Source: Candidatus Heimdallarchaeota archaeon
Lineage (GTDB): Archaea; Asgardarchaeota; Heimdallarchaeia; Heimdallarchaeales; Kariarchaeaceae
DNA: 32,000 bases
Direction: 5' to 3'
NCBI GenBank assembly: GCA_030149205.1
Contig: JASBSB010000001.1
Coordinates: 930,001-962,000, forward strand
The notes under the pieces are model-generated. The model was not told the origin of the DNA. It saw nothing but the letters and a program-made list of their open reading frames with translations, and did no database searches. Below are positions 8,966 to 17,730 of the stretch, one piece after another. Positions within the stretch are counted from its first letter, which is position 1. Each line of letters begins with the position of its first letter. Both the position numbers and the translations under genes were made by a program.

Positions 8966-8973
8966 GATTAGGA

Positions 8974-9285
8974 TTAGGAACTTGAACTAAGAACCCTTGG
9001 GTCAAAGTCATAGCTAACACCAATATTCTCCTCAAGCTTCTTGAGGGTTGCCTCTAAATATTGTTCGTACTCGTCAAGTGTCAATGCATGAGATTTGTAA
9101 GATTCTTTTAGTAGAAGATAACATACTGCAATATCTGGTATAGCTTGTAACATGATCTCTATTTTCATATCAAGGTCACAATCTAGTTTGATTAAATTCT
9201 TGAAGACCTCACGGTGTATATCAAGGTCAGAGTAATACCTAGCTTCAAGCTCTCGAAAGTAGTTTTCTAATGTTCCCACACTCAA
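8974..9285 (-). CDS. Hypothetical helical protein
   Basis: 103-aa TTG-start ORF convergent with the hydrolase and not overlapping other genes; no motif recognised. Confidence 0.55.
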   Translation of the reverse strand: MSVGTLENYFRELEARYYSDLDIHREVFKNLIKLDCDLDMKIEIMLQAIPDIAVCYLLLKESYKSHALTLDEYEQYLEATLKKLEENIGVSYDFDPRVLSSSS

Positions 9286-9527
9286 ACTATATCATAGGAG
9301 TCCACCATGTATAAAAGGGATTCCCATAAAATGACGGAAAATCGTTAAACAAATTCTGTATTTTCTATCGCGATGAGTACGAAAAACGAAACCTCAGAGG
9401 TTGGAAAATGATTTTATTTTTTTGAATTACTGCCAGAGGTGGTGTTTTAGTTGAAAAGAGAAGTCAAATTTATTTACGCTGCAACGTGTGTTGATCAAGA
9501 GAACACTGTTGGTCAGGTGAAGGATTT

Positions 9528-10061
9528 TCAGAGAATTGCGACCATAGACCTCAGCTTGGCCATTGTTTTCCAATTACGGGTTGTAGCTGTAACCTGAAGC
9601 TTTTTCTCAAGAACAGAATTTTGAAGCTTGGTGTTCCGGTACCCATTGGGGGTTTTAAGGTATATACAATTTTCTGTCAGGGCGTAATCCTCATTCTCCT
9701 GCTTTAATGTTTCAAGGTTGAAATCAACTGGGAGTTTGTTAAAAATTGTTACAAACAGAACCTTGGGATCATGGTTAATAAAAGGGTTTGAGTCAAAAAT
9801 ATGGATAAATCTCTCAGCTGAGATCAATATTGCTGATATCTCAAATCCAAACTTTGATACCAAAGATTTTGATATGGTCTTTTCTGTTTTTTCAATTATT
9901 AAATCTACATCTGACTTAAAAACTATATTTCCACTTTGAATGTAGCTTTTGACCTCTTTGAAACCTAAGTCAATGTAGATTGACCTTAAGTCCTCCATTT
10001 TGACTTTTCTTTTTCCACCAACATTAATTCCTCTCAGCAGGTGAAGATATGTATGAGTCAT
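9528..10061 (-). CDS. DUF1697 family protein
   Basis: LLRGINVGGK, SYIQSGNIVF and TTRNWKT are the family signatures. ATG 10061 preferred over TTG 10076. Confidence 0.9.
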   Translation of the reverse strand: MTHTYLHLLRGINVGGKRKVKMEDLRSIYIDLGFKEVKSYIQSGNIVFKSDVDLIIEKTEKTISKSLVSKFGFEISAILISAERFIHIFDSNPFINHDPKVLFVTIFNKLPVDFNLETLKQENEDYALTENCIYLKTPNGYRNTKLQNSVLEKKLQVTATTRNWKTMAKLRSMVAIL

Positions 10062-10101
10062 GAATTTTTCTACCAAGCAGAGTTTATAAGTTCATTGTGA
10101 T

Positions 10102-10141
10102 CCACGCCCAATAGGCTGCTAGGTGTTTCCACCTAGCGTGG
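10102..10141 (-). other. GC-rich intergenic element able to form a three-way junction with a GAAA tetraloop
   Basis: Minus strand reads CCAC GCTAGGTG GAAA CACCTAGC A GCC TATTG GGC GTGG; all three stems are Watson-Crick paired. Function unknown. Confidence 0.45.
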
Positions 10142-10435
10142 TTGTTAGGTATATTACTGAATATTGAATGCAATTTAAACCTACATATTGCTCAGATGAT
10201 ATACAATCTGGTACATTCATACCAGTATACTACATGGATATCTTTTGAGTTGTTCATAGAAAAAAAACAGAATTTACCCTGAGATGCAAAATATCCTAAG
10301 ATAGTCATAAACATATTAGTTTTATTTACAACAGTGATTTCAGAAATTTACACTGGTTAAGGTCGACAATATTAACAAGATTTAAATTAAAATTTTGTAA
10401 TTAAATGTTGCCACAACAATAAGCGGTGTAATATA

Positions 10436-10801
10436 ATGAAGAATAAAGAGACAGCAATCAATTTTCTAAAGTTTACATCCTCAGGAAGAGTTAAGGATGC
10501 CTATGAGAGATTTGTTCACAAAGATTTTATCCATCACAATGCTTATTTCAAAGGTGATCGTGAATCCTTACTTAAAGCTATGGAAGAGAGTGCTAAAGAA
10601 TTCCCTGAAGCACAGTTATCTCCCATTCATGTGTTGGAGGATGAAAACCTCGTTGCGGTATTTAGTAGGATCAATTTAAACCCTGAAATGACTTTTGCCG
10701 TGACACATGTTCTTAAATTTAAGGACGGCAAGATCATTGAAGCATGGGAGACCAATCAGGAGATGCTAAATGACTCTCCAAATGAGAATGGAATCTTCTG
10801 A
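10436..10801 (+). CDS. SnoaL-like / NTF2-fold protein
   Basis: FVHKDFIHHNAYF, VLEDENLVAV, HVLKFKDGKIIEAWE. Confidence 0.88.
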   Translation: MKNKETAINFLKFTSSGRVKDAYERFVHKDFIHHNAYFKGDRESLLKAMEESAKEFPEAQLSPIHVLEDENLVAVFSRINLNPEMTFAVTHVLKFKDGKIIEAWETNQEMLNDSPNENGIF

Positions 10802-11103
10802 TGTTGAAGAGAATTAAAGCGGAACCAAGAGTCTGTGCTAAGGGTCACCAATTTTTTAAGAGCTCAGATTGCCCTGTCTGTCCAATTTGCTGGCCAGGAC
10901 AAAGGAAAAAATTGGAGAGTGATTTTCCAAAATTACCTGCTCCTGCCTTAAGAGCCTTAAATTATGCCGGAATAAAAAATATGGAAGAACTTTCATTTAA
11001 AACAGAAGCTGAGGTTTTAGAAATGCATGGTCTTGGTAAAAAATCTTTGTCTATACTAATTAAAGCCCTTAAAATAAGAGGATTGAGTTTTAGGGAGAGT
11101 TAA
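10801..11103 (+). CDS. Zn-finger plus RNA polymerase alphaCTD-like (helix-hairpin-helix) protein
   Basis: CAKGH..KSSDCPVCPIC, then LPAPALRALNYAGI..L..MHGLGKKSL. TGATG overlap with the upstream gene. Confidence 0.8.
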   Translation: MLKRIKAEPRVCAKGHQFFKSSDCPVCPICWPGQRKKLESDFPKLPAPALRALNYAGIKNMEELSFKTEAEVLEMHGLGKKSLSILIKALKIRGLSFRES

Positions 11104-11542
11104 GATTGGTTAAAAAAGGGGATAATATTAAAATTAATGAAATCAGTCAGGTTGTTTGAACTGTTTTTTGGAATGACACTACCTTACGTGGCTGAACAAA
11201 TGGTGTAGATACCAGGATATAGCTAGGTGAGGAACAAAAGGAGTGAAATCTGATTCAATTTCTCTCGTTAGTTAACAGTTAAGAGGATTAGAGCTGGGTA
11301 AAAAGGCTCATCCCGTATAATTTCGTTTTATTTGAAATCCTTGGCGTTACACAATATGTTGGATAACATAATTTACAAAATTATGCTTGAAGGATTTGAG
11401 AAATATAAGTTGTAACATTGATAGATTAGAAATCCAATTAGTTTCAAATTAAGATAAATACATAGATTTCAGTAATCTTGGATACATAAATTTTGGTCAC
11501 TAATTCCTAAATAATTAAATAGTTCATAGATTAAATGGTATA

Positions 11543-11986
11543 ATGAACAAATTTATTGGGGCAAAAGTTTTTCTTACCACATTTCTTACTTATGGGGTGG
11601 TTCTTGGATCTATAGCATCTATAATTTTAGTTCTCACCCTAGGACGTTCCGTCGAAGGATCTTTTGTTTACTTATTGCTTGGTTTCTCTCTTGCTTTCCT
11701 ACTAGGACTTGTTATTGGCACCTATATGTTTATTGAGCTTAGTTGGCCCTCTATGGTCTCTTTTCAGTTTTCAGACCGTGTTGCATTTCTAAATGAGTTG
11801 ACTCATGAACTTGGAGAATCAAATATTATACCTGTGAAGCTTACCGGTTCAACAGTGGTATACAAATATTCTAATGTGTTTTTTGAGATCCCTATTCAGC
11901 TTGAGTTGGCAGAAAATAAGGGGATTCTAAGTGTACCTCGAGGTTTATTATCTTCCTTAAGGTCATCCTATATTACTAAGCAATAG
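11543..11986 (+). CDS. Hypothetical membrane protein (2 N-terminal TM helices plus a small domain)
   Basis: Two long hydrophobic segments in aa 8-65; 147-aa ATG ORF. Confidence 0.7.
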   Translation: MNKFIGAKVFLTTFLTYGVVLGSIASIILVLTLGRSVEGSFVYLLLGFSLAFLLGLVIGTYMFIELSWPSMVSFQFSDRVAFLNELTHELGESNIIPVKLTGSTVVYKYSNVFFEIPIQLELAENKGILSVPRGLLSSLRSSYITKQ

Positions 11987-12168
11987 GTAGATTAATTCAA
12001 TATTGTAGCAGAATGTGTTCTGGTTAAGAAATACCGTAGATTTATATTTCAGCTTTTTGAGGAAAGAATCAATTATCTTTAACTTGAAGATATTGGATTG
12101 AATGAAGCAAATTATGTAGAATTTGATTAAGTTTCTAATTTATATGATAAGATCAGTCAATTTTTCTA

Positions 12169-15100
12169 TCAGAGGTAGCGGGTAAAAATAGACTCATAAC
12201 CAAGCATCGGTCCATTGAAGGCCTGTGTGGGTAACTCAATTCCTAAGACAGTTGTTGTTGAAGGGATGGAAGCAGGGGTTACTGGTGCTATAGGGTATGT
12301 TACTGTTAGCGTGAAGCTTGCTGAACTTCCACTGTAATGATTCACCCTGATTGCCCATCTCCCAGTAGTTGTGGCAGAAAATGACAGGCTTTCTGGATTT
12401 GCGGTTGTGTAGGCTCTGGTGGCATAACCTGTTCCATAAACGTTTACTCCGGGTGCATATAGATACATATCCACGTCCGGACCGCTGGCCCAAGAAAGTG
12501 TGGCACTGATTGTTCCTACAGCAGTCACGTCAAAGTAGTAAACCTGATCCTTCACAGAAGTTGATACTATCCCTGTAAAGGTTGAAGTTTTGCTTGAGCC
12601 AGGTACAGGTACATTCACATCCAGTGTAAAACTAGCTGAGCTTCCACTGTAATGATTCACTCTGATTGCCCATTTACCCATTGTGCTGGTAGAATATGAC
12701 ATAAATTCTGGATTTGCGGTTGTGTAGGCTCTGGTGGCATAACCAGTTCCATAGACATTTACACCGGGAGCATAGAGGAACATATCTACATCTGGACCTG
12801 CTGGCCATGATAATGATGCGCTTATTGTTCCAGCAGCAGTCACATCAAAGTAAAAGACCAAATCTGGTGAGGTGCTAGAAACTGTCCCTGTGAAAGTGTA
12901 TTTCCCTGGTGTTGGAGGTGGAGTGTTGCTCACTGTAAATGTCCCACTGGCTGTACCGGTATTTGTCGCTGCATCTATTCCGCGTACCTCAATAGTGTGA
13001 CTCCCGTCAGCTAGCAAAGTTGTGTCCAAAGTAGCAGTCCAAGAAGTTCCAGTTCCTTTTGTAAGTGCAGTCCAGACCCCAGCGTCGATTCGGTAGTCAG
13101 TAGATGTAACCCCAATATTGTCAGTAATTGTTGCCTCTATGAGAGTAGAACCAGAAACCGTACCTGTGGGAGTAACTATGGTTACCACAGGGGGTATGGT
13201 ATCTGCGGGATTTAGTGTGGTTGCACTGGCACTTGTGGATTTGAGCCCTTCATTTGCCGAGGTATCCACAGCGGAGATCTGATAACTGTAGAGGGTGCTT
13301 GCTGTTAATCCAGTATCACTGAAGCTGGTGGATGTGGTGGTGGTAAGAAAGACTCCACCTCGGTAGATCCTATAATTCGCTAAGTCAGGCTCTGTATTGG
13401 CTGACCAACTCAGATCTATCTGAGTGGAAGATATTGCTGTCGCAGTTAGACCTGTGACCTGTGCCGGGGGTGTGGTGTCAGTTGGAGTCAATGTTGTAGC
13501 ACTGACACTTGCAGACTTAAGCCCCTCATTGGTAGAGGTATCCAGAGCTGAAACCTGATAATTGTACAACGTGTTTGCTGTCAGTCCAGTATCGCTGAAA
13601 CTTGTAACTGTTGTACTGGTCAGGTAAACCCCATCTCTATAAATTTTGTAGCTAGCCAAATCAGGTTCTGTATTAGCAGTCCAGCTTAGGTCTATCTGAG
13701 TTGTAGACACAGCTGATGCGGTGAGACCCTTGACCTGTGCTGGTGGTGTAGTATCTGATGAACCCCAGAGATTAATGAATGCATCCACATTATAATGATC
13801 GGAACCTGTATTTGCTGAAACAGTATCACCTGTGGTTGAATTTATGAGTAGGTTGTTAAATTTTTGATTTGTCACCAGAAAATCAATCCTTGATTGGTAT
13901 ATGGGATTTTGATGCCCGTATGTATATCCTGGAAGTGTAGGATTGAGTGTTCTGAATACATCTGTGAAGGTATGAACCGTTGATGAAAAAGCCCCATATG
14001 TTGGATCTGAGGGGTTAACCAGCATACTCATTGGGCCTATCCCTAGGTCTCCTTTTGGAGCAAGGGAACCTGTATCAAATGGCGAAAATGAGTTTAAGTC
14101 ACCAGCGAATACAATTGGGACATTCCCTAAGGTATCCATGTAATTAATTATACCTTCCATTGCCTTGTTTCTTTTATCCTCATTTGTTGCTCCAGAGCAA
14201 CATTTTAGATGAGACCCAATAATGTGGGTGTCAATACTGTTAATTTTTACTGTCACATCAAAGAAGTCATGAGAGGGGTTAAATGAGACACCACTATCTA
14301 AAGTCACAGTTGCAATCTGGTTAACTGTCACAATTGGATATCTGGAAAATACCGCTTCCCCACTTGTAGAATAACTGATTCCTTGAGTGACCCGACCCTG
14401 ATACGGTGCTTCATTGACGAAATATGTGTTAAACTCATTTAAGTATTGATTCATCAACAAGTCACCTCCGTCGTCCCAAGTTCCAACCTCCACAAACACC
14501 ACAATATCTGGGTTTTCCTCTTGAACAACCTTCTTCCAGTCGGGATTTAAACCTGATTGCTCCACATTATACGTCATCAGCTTGTAGGCTGTGCTGCTGG
14601 TGGGTGGTGGTGGAGGTGGCGCAGCATTATTTACCGTAACTGAAATTGAGGACTGCCCGATATTCCCAGCCGGGTCAGTGGCTTTAGCAAGCAAATTGTG
14701 ACTTCCGTCAGTGGTTGTGGTGGTATCCCAAGAGTAACTATTTGTTGAGGAGACGACAACTCCATCTATTGACAGTTCATAGGAGACTATACCGTTTGCA
14801 TCTGTTGCTGTAAATGTAACTGGAACTGTACCTGAAACTGTAGCTGCAGCAACAGGATTAGTAAAGCTGACAATGGGGGCAGTTGTGTCGGGTGGTGGGG
14901 GACCAGTGGTATAACTTCCTGCTTTCGGATCTCCGAGTGTCCCAGAATTTTCCCAGTCACTTCCAGAATCAGTGTCTGTGGCTGTGATCCTTCTAATGGT
15001 CATGTCTACTGCTGAAACAGGCCATCCAGTCACATAGTTTTCCCATGCGACAAAGTCAATCTCTGCATTTGAGGCATCAACCAACCTGACTTGATCTCCT

Positions 15101-15447
15101 GAATTAGAGAGTGCTAAACCTGACCACACCAAATCTGGTGCGAAGTTATAAAGTGCTGTAAACCCTGTTGAGTCCCTTGCAATTACAATGTACCCATTTG
15201 CTGGAATGGAACCAGAGAGTGCAGAAGAGCCAACATTGTCTTTTATAGTCCATCCTGCCAATGATATGGCGTTTGGTGTAGGGTTAAATAGTTCAACCCA
15301 TTCTTGTGTAGCGTCTGATGTTGGAGCGTCATACAACACCTCAGTTATAATCACATTCGTACCTGCAGGATTTGCAGATACCAATGCTGAGAGTTGTGCG
15401 CTGCTCAATATCAGAAGTAATGTAATTATTACGTACCTTAGTTTCAT
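12169..15447 (-). CDS. Secreted multidomain protein: signal peptide, lamin-tail domain, Ig-like, endonuclease/exonuclease/phosphatase (EEP), 2x FN3, Ig-like, 2x PPC-like
   Basis: Signal MKLRYVIITLLLILSS. LTD: VIITEVLYD..EWVELFNP..LSNSGD. EEP: TYNV, VFVE, GSHLK, GDLN, IDF, GSDH. FN3: DLSW..Y.IYR..F.DTGL..Y.Y.VSA.D. PPC-like: LSW..DVDMYLY..G.WAIRV. Confidence 0.88.
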   Translation of the reverse strand: MKLRYVIITLLLILSSAQLSALVSANPAGTNVIITEVLYDAPTSDATQEWVELFNPTPNAISLAGWTIKDNVGSSALSGSIPANGYIVIARDSTGFTALYNFAPDLVWSGLALSNSGDQVRLVDASNAEIDFVAWENYVTGWPVSAVDMTIRRITATDTDSGSDWENSGTLGDPKAGSYTTGPPPPDTTAPIVSFTNPVAAATVSGTVPVTFTATDANGIVSYELSIDGVVVSSTNSYSWDTTTTTDGSHNLLAKATDPAGNIGQSSISVTVNNAAPPPPPPTSSTAYKLMTYNVEQSGLNPDWKKVVQEENPDIVVFVEVGTWDDGGDLLMNQYLNEFNTYFVNEAPYQGRVTQGISYSTSGEAVFSRYPIVTVNQIATVTLDSGVSFNPSHDFFDVTVKINSIDTHIIGSHLKCCSGATNEDKRNKAMEGIINYMDTLGNVPIVFAGDLNSFSPFDTGSLAPKGDLGIGPMSMLVNPSDPTYGAFSSTVHTFTDVFRTLNPTLPGYTYGHQNPIYQSRIDFLVTNQKFNNLLINSTTGDTVSANTGSDHYNVDAFINLWGSSDTTPPAQVKGLTASAVSTTQIDLSWTANTEPDLASYKIYRDGVYLTSTTVTSFSDTGLTANTLYNYQVSALDTSTNEGLKSASVSATTLTPTDTTPPAQVTGLTATAISSTQIDLSWSANTEPDLANYRIYRGGVFLTTTTSTSFSDTGLTASTLYSYQISAVDTSANEGLKSTSASATTLNPADTIPPVVTIVTPTGTVSGSTLIEATITDNIGVTSTDYRIDAGVWTALTKGTGTSWTATLDTTLLADGSHTIEVRGIDAATNTGTASGTFTVSNTPPPTPGKYTFTGTVSSTSPDLVFYFDVTAAGTISASLSWPAGPDVDMFLYAPGVNVYGTGYATRAYTTANPEFMSYSTSTMGKWAIRVNHYSGSSASFTLDVNVPVPGSSKTSTFTGIVSTSVKDQVYYFDVTAVGTISATLSWASGPDVDMYLYAPGVNVYGTGYATRAYTTANPESLSFSATTTGRWAIRVNHYSGSSASFTLTVTYPIAPVTPASIPSTTTVLGIELPTQAFNGPMLGYESIFTRYL
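12298..12897 (-). repeat. Intragenic tandem PPC-like repeats (105-aa / 315-bp period)
   Basis: Both units contain the identical YAPGVNVYGTGYATRAYTTANPE and WAIRVNHYSGSSASFTL. Confidence 0.9.
13213..13755 (-). repeat. Intragenic tandem FN3 repeats (92-aa / 276-bp period)
   Basis: Units DTTPPAQVKGLTA...SVSATTL and DTTPPAQVTGLTA...SASATTL align without gaps. Confidence 0.9.
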
Positions 15448-15722
15448 TTTGTTTCACATTACCCTTGACTTTGAGTCAAAGCTGTGTCTCAGAATAATTA
15501 CAGATATAAAAAAATTCTTGCCATTCTCTAATGTTTTGTGACAAATATATAGATATGCAGTAAATATATATTTTTTGCAATTTTATTTAATTTTTATCTC
15601 TGTTTAAATTTTTATGTCGGTAAAAGTAAAGGTCGTTAAAATAGGTTTTAACGCGGATAAAAAGATATAGTATAGAGATTTTCCATAAGGTAATTAAAGT
15701 AATACGAACATTAGAAACTATA

Positions 15723-16178
15723 ATGATTGATAGTGTATACTATCTTCTTCCTTCAGGAATCCCCATCCTTAGTGTCCCTATTAATGAACAGTTTGAGAAC
15801 GCGCTAAATGATGACACGGATTTATTATTTTCTGGGATGATTCATGCCATTTCTAACTTCATGAATGAAATTGCTGTTGGTGAGGCAAGGGCTTTCCAAA
15901 CTGATAAGTTCAATATTTTTATTTCAACTAAATCTTCTTTCACACTTGTTGTTATTGCGGGACTGGATACGAAGACTAAGGAAAATGAACTGGAAGAGCT
16001 AGCAAAGGAACTTGTCAGTCAGATAGCCCCGTATTTACTTGATGTAAATCTTTCTCTGTTCTCTGGAGAGTTACCTTTTGCTGATGAGCTTACTTCTAAA
16101 GTAAGGAAATCAATCAAAAAATGGGAAAGTGAGAACCAGAATTCAGCTGCAAGTAAATTAAAGAAGAGCTTATGGTGA
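15723..16178 (+). CDS. Stand-alone longin-like domain protein
   Basis: Inferred beta-beta-alpha-beta-beta-beta-alpha-alpha pattern: VYYLLPSGIPIL, LLFSGMIHAISNFMNEI, FNIFIS, TLVVIA, then two helices. Resembles longin-like proteins of Asgard archaea. Confidence 0.72.
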   Translation: MIDSVYYLLPSGIPILSVPINEQFENALNDDTDLLFSGMIHAISNFMNEIAVGEARAFQTDKFNIFISTKSSFTLVVIAGLDTKTKENELEELAKELVSQIAPYLLDVNLSLFSGELPFADELTSKVRKSIKKWESENQNSAASKLKKSLW

Positions 16179-16185
16179 AAAATTT

Positions 16186-16929
16186 ATGGATTTGTTTACA
16201 ATTCAAAACCTGATACCCTTTTATTCGATAATTTTAGAGGGAAGTGCAGGTCTTGGTATTTCTGTCTTAGCAGTAAGAATGATACAAAAATACAGGTCAA
16301 GACCTCAACCCGCAACCATACCACTTTTAATTACGCTGGTTGGATATTCCTTGGCAGCTTTCACTGCGTTTAGTGGGAAAGTCTTGGATTTTTATTCAAG
16401 TGTTCCCCAATCGGTGATTAGTTTCTCTGGATATTTTAATAATTTAAGCTATATTGGTATAGGTATTGCAAACATTGCGTTGATCTATTTCACAATGGTA
16501 GTGTTCAGAGAGGTAAATGAAAGACTGTTGTTATACTTTACCTTCATTGAAGCGATTGTTGTGGGTACGATAATTGAGGTCAATTCATTTGTGTATGGTA
16601 GTTACTCAGATACATTTCTAAGCATAATAGGGATAGCTGCCCTTTCGCTTTTTGCAAACTTATGGCTGGTGATTGAAAGTCTCAAGGCTCGCTCACAATC
16701 TGAAGAGAGACTCAGCCGTACAGGCTTTTTCTTCATTGCAATATTTGGTATCTCATTGACCCTGGTCTTTGTCTTTTTTGGTCTTGATGTGGTAACAATA
16801 CAGCTAGGAGGCCCTGGCTTTAGTATTTTCTATGTTTTAGCATGGTTTATGACCTTTTTTGCCTCATTTTCAGGGTACCTTGGCTACACTATGCCAAACT
16901 GGTTTAGGAAAATACTTTCTTTGGAGTGA
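16186..16929 (+). CDS. 7TM membrane protein, paralogue 1 (stand-alone receptor-like)
   Basis: Seven hydrophobic segments, no soluble domain; ends GYLGYTMPNWFRK. Confidence 0.8.
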   Translation: MDLFTIQNLIPFYSIILEGSAGLGISVLAVRMIQKYRSRPQPATIPLLITLVGYSLAAFTAFSGKVLDFYSSVPQSVISFSGYFNNLSYIGIGIANIALIYFTMVVFREVNERLLLYFTFIEAIVVGTIIEVNSFVYGSYSDTFLSIIGIAALSLFANLWLVIESLKARSQSEERLSRTGFFFIAIFGISLTLVFVFFGLDVVTIQLGGPGFSIFYVLAWFMTFFASFSGYLGYTMPNWFRKILSLE

Positions 16930-17687
16930 TTTTAATGGTTGATATAAATATAGTTCAAAACACAATTCCGTTCTTTATACTATTGATTGAAGGGATAGCT
17001 GCAATTTTTGTTTATCTGGTTTCCATCCCTATCTATCAAAAATACCGAAAATCAAAGACAAGTGAAATTCTCTATCTATTTCTTAGTTTCTTTGTATTTG
17101 CTGTGTCAATCACAGCAACATTAGTTGGAAACTATCTTGATTTCACCTCGTCTCAATCGAGACTACAGTTTAGCTACACCGACTTCTTCCTCTTAGCATT
17201 CTACATGTTGTTTTCAATAGCAAGTATCTTTATGGCAATCTTTTACAGTGGAATATTCATTGAAAATGTAGGGTGGAGACATCTGACAAGGATCTTATTC
17301 GTCTTTTTAAACGGATCAACAATTGGGATATTTTGGGTGGAAATCTCTAATGGGTTTAATTATGGGGAGATAAATTCACAATTTTTCCCACTTTTGTACC
17401 AGTTCAGCGTAACATTTACTCTCTATGGGTTGCTAATTTTTAATGCATTGAAAATCTATACTACATCTTCTGAGGGAGTGAGTAAATTTGGATCATTGAT
17501 GATGATTTTACACGCTGTTTTTCTCCTCCTCGGACTAGCCTCTTTTGGTGTTGATTTCTCAATATTATCTCAGACACAATTCACCGTGTTTTATGATTTA
17601 GGTTGGATTATGTTCATTCTGAGTGCACTTTTTGGATATCTAGGATATGCAATGCCCTCATGGTTAAAGAATAGACTTCAGTCATAA
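16926..17687 (+). CDS. 7TM membrane protein, paralogue 2
   Basis: Seven hydrophobic segments; ends GYLGYAMPSWLKN. GTGA overlap with paralogue 1; ATG 16935 is an alternative start. Confidence 0.8.
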   Translation: MILMVDINIVQNTIPFFILLIEGIAAIFVYLVSIPIYQKYRKSKTSEILYLFLSFFVFAVSITATLVGNYLDFTSSQSRLQFSYTDFFLLAFYMLFSIASIFMAIFYSGIFIENVGWRHLTRILFVFLNGSTIGIFWVEISNGFNYGEINSQFFPLLYQFSVTFTLYGLLIFNALKIYTTSSEGVSKFGSLMMILHAVFLLLGLASFGVDFSILSQTQFTVFYDLGWIMFILSALFGYLGYAMPSWLKNRLQS

Positions 17688-17730
17688 AGTATAAAGCAAA
17701 GAATTATAAAAGTTCTTAAGATACTTATCT

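Noticed and set aside
9390-9402. Palindrome AACCTC-A-GAGGTT
   Set aside because: Only 6-bp arms, single occurrence; expected by chance.
9718-10679. ORFs 9718..9939(+) and 10497..10679(+)
   Set aside because: Shadows of the DUF1697 and SnoaL-like genes.
11104-11542. Long intergenic gap checked for tRNA, ncRNA or a small gene
   Set aside because: No cloverleaf, convincing stem or ORF of 60 aa or more; mostly AT-rich.
14908-15360. Lamin-tail domain as a eukaryotic lamin signature
   Set aside because: LTDs are widespread in secreted prokaryotic proteins, and there is no coiled-coil rod here.
12169-15541. ORFs 12236..12493(-) and 15188..15541(+), and the idea that the GC-richer large gene is a mobile island
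   Set aside because: The ORFs are shadows; no integrase, flanking direct repeats or tRNA target, and amino-acid composition explains much of the GC shift.
16186-17687. 7TM proteins as microbial rhodopsins or true GPCRs
   Set aside because: No retinal-binding Lys motif (DxxxK/SxxxK) in TM7 and no DRY or NPxxY motifs; only the helix count is shared.
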